Origin: Phallusia mammillata | Lineage: Eukaryota | Direction of reading: 5' to 3' | Assembly: GCA_965637545.1 (NCBI GenBank) | Contig: OZ281501.1 | Coordinates: forward strand, 930,001-994,000 | Length of the DNA stretch: 64,000 nt | Shown: in pieces, positions 26,666 to 40,447 of the stretch | Layout of the letters: every line of letters begins with the position of its first letter | Numbering within the stretch: the first letter of the stretch is position 1 | Notes under the pieces: generated by a model | What the model was told of the DNA's origin: nothing | What the model saw: only the letters and a program-made list of their open reading frames with translations | Database searches by the model: none | Position numbers and translations under genes: made by a program

Positions 26666-29439
26666 CTTGTGAGCTGTGTGAACACAAAAATCACCTTTTA
26701 ACTTTTGCCTTCTGGTAATTTTACCTGTGTAGAAAGAACAACGTCATTTTTTGATCGCTGTCATTAAAAGTGCTTTGAGTTCAGTTGAATTTAGTTACCG
26801 TGTCTAGAATGTTTTAATTACTTCGGAAGTTGTGTTAGATGTAAATACGCCTTTCCCTTGAAAGCAACCAAAAATTCTAAGAACAACCTAAAGCGTTTTA
26901 TTTTTATCTCTGTTGTTAATTGTGACTGCTGTCATTATAATAATAGTCCATTAGATTTAAATACTTAACCAATAATTTAATTCATCCGCACCAAATGTTT
27001 GTTGGCCTTAAATTCGTCTTTCTGTTTGTTACAACCAACCAATGATTTTTGAGATATTACTGTTACAGTTTTGCTAACCTTCCTATCAACTATAGCATGT
27101 TTATCTCTATCTATTGGTCAAATTAATAAAACGAGCATAACTTCTGTCTTTGGACTTCCCATCCAACAACTTTTATTCTACAAGCTGGTTAATAAACTCT
27201 ACATGTTACTATTACAGTCAGCAACTTCCACCTGTGCACGTTAAATTGAAAGTGCTAGAGTCATACAGGTTGACTGTGACGTTAAATATTAAATGGGACG
27301 AACATTCCACGGGAAGTAATGCTTTGAATTCACACTACGTCACCACGCATCAAGTCTGTCTGGAAGTGTTGAGAAAAGCACTGCGTTGATTTTATTGACC
27401 TCAATCTTTGTGACCTGGAAATTGCGATTTCAATCAACAGAAAACATTTTGAACGACTGTTTTTGGTACTTTTCAATACTACGTTAAGATAAACTGAATG
27501 CACATCCTTGAAAGTATCTTTTGAGTGTGAAAGTTTGCGAAAAGCTAGTTTTTATCATTCGGGGTTAATCAATGCATAACATATACTTGGGTTACCCACA
27601 TTTAATGGCAATAGTCGAGACAACGTTTAGAAGGGTATGACGTCATGATTTTTATGAGAACCGTTAGGGGGCGCCATGGCACATCTGTCGTCACTTCTTA
27701 TTGTCGTAATACAAAGCAACCAGCTTTCCAAACCTTCACTTCATGTTGTCGTCATCTCGTGAGTAACAAAGGAACAGTGTGTTGCGCACTTCAGCAAAAA
27801 TATAAGGACACCAAGAGCTTCGCTACAAAACACGACACACAGATAGAGGTTTAACTGGTTAAATAAACAATGAGGGTCATGTGCATTGGGGGGTCTTTAA
27901 TGATTCAACTTCTATTAGGAAAATCGGTTTATTTTGCAGCAACATAAACTAGCATGATGCAACATAACACTGATTGATTGGATTGATCGATTAACATGAA
28001 AACGAACAACGCAAATGTAAATGATAATAACCACAAAAGCAAAATATAACATAACGAAACTGGACACTCGGTAATAGCGTTTACCAACTATAGTTATTCC
28101 AAAGTAGAACTCTTTGAGCTGACAAGAAATTTACGATTTGCTTATTTGCATTTGCACAACCCTTAAATGGAATTCAGCATAATCAAATTCCTCCGAAATG
28201 GCTTCTTGTTTATTTATACTTTGCTTCACTGAAAAGCAGTAACGAAAGAAATTCATAGATCTACAAAATTCCATCAAATTTTGTATGACGTTTACAGCCT
28301 TCGTCATCCAACGACAGGGCTTATCTTTTTACATTTATTCATCAGTGAATCATTCAGCAAATTGTTCAGAATACGTAAATATACTTCCCACGAACATCAG
28401 GTCGACAAGAGGGTATATAAATCCAATGAGGTCACGACAAGCTTACGGAACCACCAGTAAAGTCACGACAAAGCATAAAACATGTTATGATGGTAAAAGG
28501 CAATTCTGCTTGTCCTAATAGTTGGAGTAATTTTAGCATCACTTGCCCACCATATGCTCCTTGGGCAATGTAGGGTAATCATAATGTACAGAAGGGGTCG
28601 GCAACCTTTTTTGCTTTGCGAATCGTTTCAAAACGAAATTTTATTGCGGACCGACCTTTAAAAAACAACGAATGTTTAGTAATAAAAAATTAATACAGCT
28701 CATGTACAGCACAAGTTGTATATTTGAATTCGGCTACACGGCAGTATGCAAGGACTGCTACAAAGATGTTTCCAAGCATTTAACCTGAAGACGTAAACGG
28801 TGTTTTCCCACCACTGATGTACAGAATCGTGGAAACAACGCATATTTGTTTCTTATTTATTTCATTTGGGATCTCTAATGTTGGATGCTGTCTTTTGAGG
28901 CGAGTAGCTACACGGTTAACAAAAGGCATAACACTTGTTATCAAAAACTTACATGAGTTGCAACAATTTACGCAGGAAAGCACAGAAAAGAAATGCTGCT
29001 GAAAAAAATTAAGGTTTCAAACGTTTAAGTTGATCTCACGTTCGAAGAAATTCCTGGTAGTGTAAAGTTGTGTGCCTTCTGCAAAAAAGTAACAATTCGC
29101 TAAACATAAAGTTGAGGTAACTAGTAAAACATCACTTCTTACCTTGGATTCACCCTACCACGTTTTATCTTTTCATGTTCCCCATCCATATTTCTTGTTT
29201 CCACTAAACCTTCGTTCCGTGACTAAATTACTCCCAATATACCTGCCACGATAATCACTTCCATCTCGTTTCTCAGTCAATCACGCACTCGACATACACA
29301 ACACACACCACGCACAGCAAATACCAGGCACTTATTATCACTAGTTCCTTGGAACTAATCAATGCACGAAAGGTCGACGACAACGTCAATCAACCCTTCA
29401 ACTATGTTTTGCATGTCTTCCGTGTATTAATGATCTTAC

Positions 29440-32400
29440 CCTTCCATAGTGAGTAGAGAAACCGTTTTCCCCTAACTCCTCGTTGTAGGCATAAGCATAC
29501 GTGTTGTCCACAGCTCCTAGCAAAACAAAACATAATTTCATAAACTAAAGAATTTCTAGAGCAAGGGTTGAGAATGCAATAGGCTGACACAACAAAGGCC
29601 CTTCATATTATTAGCTAGCTACATAACTGGGCGTGGAGGACCCAAGCCGTTACCGATACCGATATACTAAAAATATGACTAACAGATAACCTCTAACTGT
29701 TTAATTAAAATTTTTCTAAACTAAAATTACAACTATATGTCAAAGCTTCGGTTATACGATAAACAAAATCGTTTAAACCTTGTAAATATGCGAAGCTTCC
29801 CAACGCACAGTTTGACACGAGTTCGCCTAATTAACGTTAAAACCATGCCAAGTTTACCTTCCAGACTAACAGTGAGAATGGCCTTCCGCAGGTTTGCTAC
29901 AATACTCTCCAGGTCTGTAAAATCGGCAACAGTGTAGACTCGCTCAGTAGAAGCTGGGTCTCCTGTTGCTATGATCTGAAAACAAGCACAGGTTTTGATA
30001 TGCAAGCCCCTTCGAGTTGAACTAATAGTTGTTCACGGAATAATTGTGGGTCCAATTCTTAGAAGAGTCTATTGTCTAATTGCGTTTATTTCTCGTCAAG
30101 AACTAAGGTCGTTTAGAACAGTATATTTATTAAGAAATTTTAAGGCCAGTTAATCGCCAAAGTTAACACCACTTTTCGTTGCATTTGAACAAGTTTTCTT
30201 AAGTCCGAAGGTTAGTGGTTCTAACACCAACCGTCCCCTGAATGAACAACTGAACAGCAACAACCGTCGTTGGCGTTTCGGTAGTCTATTATTAAATGTA
30301 ATAATTCTTTTGGCATTTTATTCACACAATTGTACTTAATTGGTCAAGCAAGCATTTCTATTTCAGTGATCTTTATCTCACCCCCAGCTCTGATTGCACA
30401 ATATCAGATCCAACTCCTACTGCAAATGTGGTTATTCCCAAAGATCGAACGTACTTTGCAGCTTGTGGCAGTTCAGCCGGATCCGAGGATCTAAAAAAAG
30501 TAAATGATAATGTGCAGAAAAACACAAAGGGACAATTTTACCCAATAGTTTGGACATTAGTTTTTCTTTTTGCCTGAGGTTTTATGGTTTGCAGAACACG
30601 TTAAGATGTGAGAGTTGTTTTGCAAGGTCAAAAATAGTGAAAACGCAGACAATATATGCGTAGGTGCCAATTTACCAAACATGGCAAAATCATGATGTTT
30701 TTTCATGTGCGTGAGTGTGTGCATATAAAAATCATACAACTGTTTTTCCTTTACTTTTTTAATAAGAGCGTAGAACTCCGTATGCATTTAAACATTGACA
30801 TCTTAGAATCGTATTTACCTCCCGTCTGTTAAAAGGATGAGCACTTTTGAGTAGGAATTGTTGGAGAAACGACTCGACGATTTAAAATCCAGCACAGTCT
30901 TGTTGAGGGCATGAGATGTATAGGTTGTATAACCATGCAGGGAAATATTGCTTACCGATTTCTGCAACAACAAAAAAGGCGGGAAATTTAAAACAGACCA
31001 CATGTACACAAGTTGATTTATGTTGACTTTCTACTTACGTTGAAACACTGTATGTTCGTGCATGATCCTAAGCCAACTTCAGTTTTAATAAAGGGCTGAT
31101 TTTCCGGGCCAGGAGGTCTGCGAGCAAATATTAATACATTACTAACGTTATAGAGAAGTAAGCAAACAAATGTCAAAGCAACTTTTTCAAAATACTGAAA
31201 AAAGTTTGCAAACAGTCGTAATAGCTTAAATACGAAAACGAATGCGATTTTGGAACACTATATACGGATCTGTTCATAAGTTTAATGGTAAAAATAACGG
31301 CCCAAATAGACGTAAAAAGCGACATGCTTTTTGTTCAAACGTTTCGGCAAATGTTCATGCCATCATCAGTGATATGAAGGCCACATCAATTGCACCCATT
31401 TATATACACTTTAGTCGCATAAAAGAATGATAAAAAGGTGCGACACAAGCATCGCATAAAAACGATAGATAAAATGTGATTTTGAAATATTATTTTAAAT
31501 AAACGCTTTACTTTCGAGAGGGGCTGTTATTTACTTGGTGTCTAGTGCATGGATTGTATAGAGTTTGTATTCGTACCGCCTACCGCAGCAGCTTTTATCA
31601 TTGTAAACGACAAAAGTATTTGTTTTTGAAGAACATCAGTTTTGATCAATTCCGGCCCACTTCGATTTGTAGTTAGCAGTGGTGTGGACCGGGTCAATTT
31701 AAAACATTGTTTCAGTAAAACAACTACTGTTACCGTTTATGGGTTTTGCTTAGAATTTCAAACCAAAGGTGTGGCAAGTTTCTACTGCTTCATATATCTA
31801 TAAAATCTACCGCTATCCTCAAGTAAAAAACATCCAGCCTGCTTTCTTATAGAGTATAGGATGATCGTTGTAAATAGCTTCAGAACAGTAATGCGCCAAC
31901 CCTAATTAGTGCGATCTACCGAGTAATGTTGGCGGCCATATAGGCAGCTTTGGTAAAAGATTTTGCCATTGCACATGGTCAGAGTTATAGTATAAGAATA
32001 TCGTAATCAGTTTTGATTTTGTAAATCAGTTTTTAAGTTTTGTTTTGAATTCGCTCCTACCTTGATTGGTAGTAGTGTGAATACTGGATCACCCCAACTT
32101 GTGTTTTGGTTAAATCAAAGTAGGAGGTCAAGGTAGCGGTCCATGCTTTCACTTTATCAAAGCTTACGTTACCCACTGAACTTGATCCGTCCAATACAAA
32201 CATGATGTCCGAAGACACAGGTGGACATTCTACGAAAGGCAAAAGAGTCAAACTTAGTTTGGTTTCATAATTTTTCTGGCTTATATCTGGGAAAAATCGG
32301 TTGCTGTCATTTCAATATGCTCCCGAAGTTTGTTCAGAACTCAAAGAAAGCTTCCCAGCTTGAAGCAAAATTGTAACACCAGCTGGAGATTAATTACGAA

Positions 32401-35400
32401 GGGTCACAACGAGTCCAGAAAAAGCCACCAACATTTCAATGTTTATGTTGGCAAAGTTCCAAGTTTGCTTAAATCGTGTTGTTGTTTTGTAAAGGAATCC
32501 GAAACTGAAGTCTGTTTCCTCTTAATGCTTGGTAAATAACTGCGACAGAGAAAGACAACCCCACAACCCCTGATCTATGTTACATATTGTTATACATGGT
32601 GAGTTTATATTTTATATTGTTAGCATACACACAAGCTCTCTAACCACACTGAGGGCCACTGTGAGTAACATTAGACGTGCATATTGTGACCACACTCCAG
32701 TTTATGCGCTGCATAGATTTTTATGTGTCTTGGCATACACATAAGCTCCCTGTGTACAATGAGGACCACTGTGCGCAACACTGGATGTACACGTAGTGGT
32801 CATACACCAGTTGATGTGCAGCACACAATTTCATGTTCTTAATTAAGAAAGTGAATTAAGAAAGTGCTAGCAATTACGCAAGCGTGTAACTTACATAAAA
32901 GATGGAAAAACTTGGATCTTATTTTTTCACTTACTTATGTCATTTGTTTTGGGATCGGCCTGCCACGTTTGTCCTCCGTTTGAGCTTTTGTAGCAGAATC
33001 CAGGATTGTACACGACCGTTAAGCAATCCTGCTGTTTAGTTGGTGAACATGTCTGCAATAGAAATAGAAATTAACAAGGATTAAGAAAGGGGACGACAAA
33101 TGTAAACAATGAGCTATGCTGGATTACACACTTTAAGGTAAATGACCACAGACTGAGTGTAGCAATTTTTTTAAACAATATTGCTTTATGTGTTTGTTTT
33201 CTACGCCGCCACACTGGGAGATGTACTTGTCGCTGACGGCAAATATTTCCGATACTATCTCGCACGTTTGTTTCTTATTCCTTGCCATAAACGGAAGTAA
33301 TTCGTTACTGCGAAATTGGCAACAAATTCCAATTGCGGCTGAGTTTTTCACATTTCCTTAGGCGCACAACCTGCGGTTTGAACAACAAAAGTCAAGGCAA
33401 TCAGCGCAATGTTACGGAAGTTTTTGGTATTTTTTGAATATTTCCTTGACTGACTTTATTAGCTGATGCTGACGATTTGCCAAAGTTGCCCATTTTTGTT
33501 TTCGAAGTAACAAAACAGTTTCAGCGAACTGCAACACTAAAATAGCTTGGCTACAACTGCATGAGTTACGTAAACGAATTTGCAACAAGCCAATGGCGAT
33601 TCTATAATTGCCCAGCTCGGGGCAAACTTAACCTGCCTTTGATGGTAAATACAAGCAAGCCAAATTTTCAGATACACAGTTGGATATCTGTGTTAAAGAA
33701 TTCTAAATTTTGCTTTAAATTCTACCAAGAGGCAACAAGGTGAAACAAGGTTGAGACAGAGGTGTAGTTCGCACTATTCAGACCTGGGCCTAAGGGCTTA
33801 CGTTTCTATATAACGGACTTGATTTGGATCTGACACAAGGTCACAATTGTGTCGTAATATTGCTTTTGTAAGTTTAACTTTCGGGCTTAATTTGGGTTGT
33901 ATTCCAAAATAAGGAGCCGAAATTTCGGGTTAGCTGACAATTTAGGGTTGGCATCCTAAATCCAGCTTGAAAACGTTGCACAACCAATAACGTTAAACTA
34001 TAAAGAAATTTGAGCGTGCTGTAAGTCACAGCGTTATTAGATAGCGTCACGCAAATCGTCCCCTTGTAAAAGTGAGTTTACCCCGGTAAGTGACGTAATA
34101 ATGACATGGGGCAGCTGAAACGTTAAACTTCCGGGGTGACGTAATATCCTGGGTCGTGCTTCTAACTTTGATTGCTGTAAAAACTTTCCAACTTACATTT
34201 ATGTCTCCGGTAGGGGACGTGTCCACACTTTGACCGAACGCGTCGCCGGGTTGAGCGCCAGGAGGAACCACCGACGAACATTTCGTTTTTGTGGAGGTTT
34301 CGAACAAGTTTGCGGAAGAGCACGAAAGTATATCACCCGTGGCTGTAACGAACAAAATACATTCAGAACATAATTTATTACAAAAGTAACATAGAATACT
34401 CATGACTTATAACTTCAAGTGGCATTAGACCAGGGGTTCCCAACCTTTTTTCGATCTCGTACCACCTGGACGCTCTGTACTGCCACGCGTGCCACTTGCA
34501 GAACAACTAATTTGATCGAATCATTTTTATTCAGAAGATGAATATTGGCCCACAAAAATAACACTAAAGCACCACAATTGAATTAAATGATTTAATCATA
34601 AACATTACTGCCAAGGTAGTGGTGTATATAGAATACATCGTGTAGACGTTTCGACAATCTCTGTTGTCATCATCAGTACATGTTTTCAATCAAGCTGTAG
34701 AACACGGTATATAAAGCACCACTACCTTGGCAGTAATGTTTATGATTAAACTACTTTTCAAGTCCGTGCATAGTGTTCCTATGAATTAAATGAGATTTTT
34801 GTTTTTATTTACTGTAAAAAAAATGTAAAGTTGTGAATCCAGGTTTTTGCGAAAAGTTGTGAATCCAGGTTTTTGTGAAAAAAACGAAAGTTACTCGCGT
34901 ACCACCTGAAAAACCTTCGCGTACCACAGGTTGGGAACCCCTGCATTAGACGATATAACTTGCTGTTAGCATCAGTTTAAGAGAAACCACGAATCCAGAA
35001 ACTGAGTTTGATATCCAATCAAAAAAACACTCCATGGGATTTATTTTTTAGCCCAACCTAACTGTTTAGGTGCATAAACGATGTTAACGTATAGCTTGTT
35101 AAAACATAAGCGTGTTTCTCTTATCTCCATGTAAGGTCTCTTCGGTTTGCAGAATGTACATAAGACAATCACCTGACGTTGTAATTATTTCTAGCGCAGA
35201 GCCATTATTCATTTACATTTACACTGTGCAAAAAGTGCAAGCCACCTAACTAGGCTATTTCATACTTCCCTTTCGACTATTTGTTCTTCCTACACTTCCA
35301 GTTACTTTTGTTAGTAATTGTAATTTAAGTTTAGTTGAAGGTTTTCTAATGGATTTGCATCAACAAGGAAGGAATTTTAAAGTGCCATTCGACAATTTGT

Positions 35401-36107
35401 TGATCAACATTGTTGAAATACAAACCATGCTCTGTATTGTGCTCTATTTTAGGGAAGTATTGATCAATTCGTAATTTTTAATTCGTAATTTTTTCGAGTA
35501 ATTTTCGACTGTAGCGTACTCTACCTTCATTAGCTTCAGGAGACGAAGTTCGTGAGATGATTCCAGTTGTTTGACTTGAACTTGTTGTCTTTGGAGCCCC
35601 AATAGTGATACTAAGGATAAAATAATAATAATATTACCTTTGTTAGTTGCATTCGAATAAGGAATTGACAATGTACATGCCAACGTTGTTGTGTTTTCGC
35701 AATAGCAAGCTGAATTCGACCATGTTGTCAAGTATTAATGTTTACCCCTATATTGTTTACTCTACTTTGAAACATGAAAGTTATCGTTTCACATGGTTTA
35801 TATACTGGGACTTTTTTCGGGGGTAGTTTATTTTTTATTTATGGTGGATAAATGAATCAAGCCAAACCAACAGCTCAACTTGCCTATTTGCACCGATGGT
35901 GAAATCGTATCCGAAATAGGAAGGTTGAGTTGTGTCGCTGCCTCCAGTTGATGAATTCGTTTCCACACGAGGCGTTAAACCTGTGGGCAGCACTGTCGGT
36001 TGAATGAAAGCCATTGTTCCTGGGGCTGTAGCAATGTTAATGCAGTGGATAAAGTGAACGTTGATCGCAAGAAATAAACAAAGAATCCACGTTTCAAAAC
36101 TCTCCAT
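29440..36107 (-). CDS. Integrin alpha head cassette D (no own C-terminal region)
   Basis: Exons 35884-36107 (MESFETWILCLFLAINVHFIHC; GC donor), 35525-35610 (ITIGAP), 34197-34342 (GDAFGQSV), 32935-33052, 32061-32229 (DIMFVLDGSSS), 31039-31117, 30819-30961 (LLTDG), 30382-30490, 29858-29975 (..VSLEG), 29440-29516 (ELGENGFSTHYGR, AGG|GTAAGA phase 0). Confidence 0.9.
32620..32840. repeat. Diverged tandem duplication, 2 x about 110 bp
   Basis: TTAGCATACACACAAGCTC...GAGGGCCACTGTG at 32620 and TTGGCATACACATAAGCTC...GAGGACCACTGTG at 32730. Confidence 0.7.
34431..34943. mobile_element. hAT MITE in cassette D intron 2, containing a nested inverted-repeat element
   Basis: TIR CAGGGGTTCCCAACC...GGTTGGGAACCCCTG; 8-bp TSD CATTAGAC on both sides. 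Confidence 0.92.
34593..34748. mobile_element. Short inverted-repeat element nested in the hAT MITE (second copy at about 11135-11260)
   Basis: About 30-bp inverted termini TAATCATAAACATTACTGCCAAGGTAGTGGTG / CACCACTACCTTGGCAGTAATGTTTATGATTA; a diverged copy in opposite orientation lies in cassette A intron 7. Confidence 0.7.
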
Positions 36108-39100
36108 AACGCAATTCCTCTGTAGTTGATCAGCTCCTACAGTTTCTTGACATGTAGTGGATAAGAAAGGGCGGTTTTAGCAAAGGTAACAGTCAGCCTG
36201 GTTACAAAGAACACAATTATGATGCACCACAGCTGTGAAATGCTAACTTCTGAAATATTTGCATAGCAGTCAAATTACTTGGAAATTCCACCTGCAGCTA
36301 TCGTGAAATTTGCACACAGCTTTTGGCAACACATGTGCGGCACCTTTTTTTTCCTACTTTCTGCACAGTACAACACCATACTAACTTGAAAACCCAATCT
36401 GGAACCTAAACTCGTGTGTTTTGCTATCCGGCTTTGGCAACATTACACCCGCTTCTTAAGTCGTGCTTCAGATGAAACCATCTGGTAAATACAGGAAGCC
36501 AGCAAGCTGAGACTAACAGGTTTTGGCAACAACAATCGCAGCTCTGTTTTAAGCAAAGCACCAACTCGCATTACTTCTTTTGTTGTATGTGTGATTAGGG
36601 ACGTATTCCTGACTGACAAGCGGCAGTTTTATACTGTATTGTCTGCTTTGCACTTTTCAAACTCTTGCAACTGAGTGGGTGCACTTTGGCTAAAGGCCAT
36701 GCAATCTAACGTTCCTTAAACAATTTAACATCATTCAGCTAATGTAAAAAAATATTTCATCAAAAAATCTTTCGATTGTGTCCCAATCGCAATAACAAAA
36801 ACGGTCCGGACTGAATTGGATTGTGGACTTTGAAATACGAATATTCTTGCCTGCATATTTAAAATTGCTATAACCCTTTGCTTTTATAAGCACATGGTCG
36901 AAAGCAAACGCTATGTCTTGTCGTACTATAAGGATCTCCTAGTTGGCACACGAAGGAACTATAATAGCCTTGGTCGTTTTTTTAGCATTTTAGCCTAAGC
37001 GTCATCAGGACGTTGCAAATGAAAGGAAATGCGTTTTGAAAACACCAACTGATAGATTGAGCGAGCTGTTGATATTAATAAATAAAGTCATTGTTGTAAC
37101 ATTCTGTAAAGAGGTACGAAACCACCCAACCGATTTCAACAGACTTAGTTCAAACCAGACTTTATACGATGTCAATCGCTATTGGTATGTGCAAACAGCT
37201 TGTAGTTCTACACGTTTGTCTACCTTTTTTCAACGGCTTCGACAACTGACCCTAATGCTCACATAATATCGTGACGATTCTATCAATGTAAGCTAGCTAA
37301 ATCGAAACATTTAGTTGTTTTTTTGCCTTTTCCGTATTTTTAAAGTCTGGCACTCCCCTAAACTAAATAATCCTTACAAATAATAAGCGAAACAAACTTA
37401 TTCATCTCGGCAATGTCAGCAACCTAGCCTCATGTCCCTGATGTATTGTTCTGTAATGAGAAACGACCTGCTGCTACCGTTGTTTACATTCTCCTGCTTG
37501 CCTGTGCGGTAACCGCTAAATGAAGTGATGCCATTATTTGCGACTGAAAAACGACACTGTAAAAAGACAAATACGCCACGTGACTCAGGCCGGTCCCCAC
37601 AGTGGTGTATGTCCTTCCGATTGTGGCAATGACAAGCGCCTGTCCCCCGGTTTATACAGGGATCATAGTTCACCGCCTTATGTACATGGGATCAGTCGCA
37701 ATATAAACACATGCACCCACAGTGGTTTCAACTAAAACAGACTTGGCTCTCAGTAATGCAGCGAGTATTTGGCATCAAAACATTGCAATGGAACATATCT
37801 TTAAATCCTTACAACACAAACATTACTATAGCATTATCCAGTAAACGCAATTTGTTTGATTTAAACCTACTTAATATTATAGTTGACTGCTCTATTCTTT
37901 TCTGCATCTTCTCAACGTAACAATACTCCCTATTAAAAGGTTTGATGTGAATGTAATACAACCATGTGATAAACGTATAATAGAAACTTTAAGCAATGTC
38001 CATTTGTTTTGTTTAACCAGATACTATACCGCTTAGTTTTTTCTTGCGATCAATAAAGCACCTATGGCTTCAATGTTCGGCAGCTGGGTTTACACTAAGG
38101 TGAAAAATGAACGTAACTAAATATAATTCAGATTACCTAAGCGCTCACCTACTATTTAGGCATCGAGGTTACGTCAATGTAATGTTGGAAAGGTGTTGGA
38201 AAGCCAAATAAGATCTCCCCGAACCCAATAACACGCGTGTCACTTGAGAGCTGGTCACGTTTTTTACTGCATGCCTTCGCAAGTCTTCGTTTCAGGGAAA
38301 ATTTACTAATCATGACGAAAACTTGTGACGTCCACGAGATATGTTCTATTTCCTGCCAGTGTTGCAAAGCTTACACTTTCATTGATGTTTGGTACCGAGA
38401 TCAACTGGAGACAACGCTTCAAATCTGGCTTGTACTAATGAAAATTTTGTCGTTACGGAAAACTATGATGCACGAGTTTCAGCAACTGAAAACAGCTTGC
38501 ATAGGTTTCTTGTCGTCTTTAGGCACTGTACATGACTAACACTATACAGGGTGACTTGTCAAATTTAATGTTATTTGACGGAAAACGCCAAATTATTTAC
38601 CGAAAATACCGGAAAAAAGCTGATACAGCATAAGAGCTTATTTGACATCAGCATGTTATATTTTGTTTTCCACTCTGCATCTGGCTCTTATGTTCGAAAA
38701 AACGAGCTATAACTGACACGTTTTATTGCACGACGCCTGTCCATGAATCTTAAACCTATTTGTTAATGCTGTCATACCTTCGCCACATTTGTATTAATCA
38801 ACCGTAAATTAAATGTGAGCGCACATTGGGCTCTGTTACTTAGCATGAAGGTAAAATGTACATAACGCAACGGGCAATAATACTAGTTTTACTTATTCTG
38901 CAACCACTCAACAAACCTAGTACAAATTTGATAAGCTGTTGCTACCAGGCATAATGTATCACCAAATGTGCAGTTGTTATTATAACAAGCCGACGTTTCG
39001 ATGTCCCACAGGAGACACCTTCATCAGGGCAAACACTAAAAGTTATCATAAAGTTATTGCAAATTACAAGCTCCAGACAGTGCACACTGTTTTGAGACCT

Positions 39101-40447
39101 TAAAGCTAGAACAGTATGCACTGTCTGCAGCTTGTCATATATTTTACATTATTGCAAATTAGTTATTTTATTTCTTTTACATGTCAGGCCTGTTTTACGC
39201 TTTTGCATGAAAATACTTAGGGCTCTTATTCAGTATAGCTTCTTTGTTTAAATCCGATTGTAATTGTTGTAAAACGGAACAGAAACAGGAAGTATGGCAC
39301 GCGAACAAACAACAATGAAGGTCATGTGCCCTTCTGGGGGTCATTTTACAGGGCGGTAAATTCCACAAACTGAGGCACGTCACGTGACAACCGCTTCCTG
39401 ACTGCACAAGCTCTTATCACGTGATGATTAATTAGGGGGTTTCCCTGTTGCGACATCCGCTTAGGTGTCGGTCGATTTGTGATGCAAAATATGTTGCGCA
39501 AATAAGATTAATGTGCTGCTGACCATAGGATGTTCGCAATTAAGTCTTTCCGGCATCCGAGTGGCGTCAATACGTTCATGCAAAATAAGCTTATATACCA
39601 CCCTTCTGCATGCAAATACTTTTATCGGATCCTCGTTTCGACATTACCTAACTCTTATTCATTTGATATTACTTAAGTTTACACTTATTATTGTTGGTTT
39701 GTGGTAATAAGTTTTGTTTTCAAGCATGCTTCCTCTTTCAAGAAATTTGTCTTTTAAAGGAATGCCATTATCCTAATGAAGGCGTCTCCTATGGGACGTC
39801 GAAACGTCGATTATTTATAATAAGAACTGCCGGAAGAGCAATACTCGTTCATGTTTCATTCTGTTAATCTTTGGAAATAAAGATCGACCGGTAAAATCTT
39901 CTGATAGCTTTCACATAATATCAACAAAATTTCCCCATAATTTTGGATACGTCAAACGCTGTTAACGATTAAAACAATAAAAAGTATAACTTTTGCTTCA
40001 ATTCTGCCGTAGTTGGCTTATTGTGTACGTGTCGTTGACAACAGTTCAACGATAACAAAAAACATAGTGGCAAGGTGATATCATTTCATAAAGTTAGCGC
40101 ATTTTCACTGTCAAAACATTCACAGAAAGTTTGTAGTACGAATAAGCCGGTAATAAATGATCGCATTCGCTTCCATTCGTTCCAAATGATCCAACGTCTC
40201 TTAACTGAACCTAAAATTAATAAATAATGTTGCAAATGTCAAATTAAATCACCATGAAAAAATGAATCTTACCCCTTTTGGTGTGTTACAATCCTCTTTC
40301 TGCATCGCAACGACAAGGAGAACAGAAACTATGTATTTCCCATTAACACACTACAAGCGCACAACACACATACACAAACCCACACACATACGCACATAGG
40401 CGAAACATGTACACTGTACACATGAGCATCGCATTTTTTTGACGTAC

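Noticed and set aside
37416-37735. Cys/His-rich ORFs 37416-37673 (-) and 37538-37735 (+)
   Set aside because: No domain signature and no convincing flanking splice sites; the E-box/CpG content fits regulatory DNA upstream of cassette D better.
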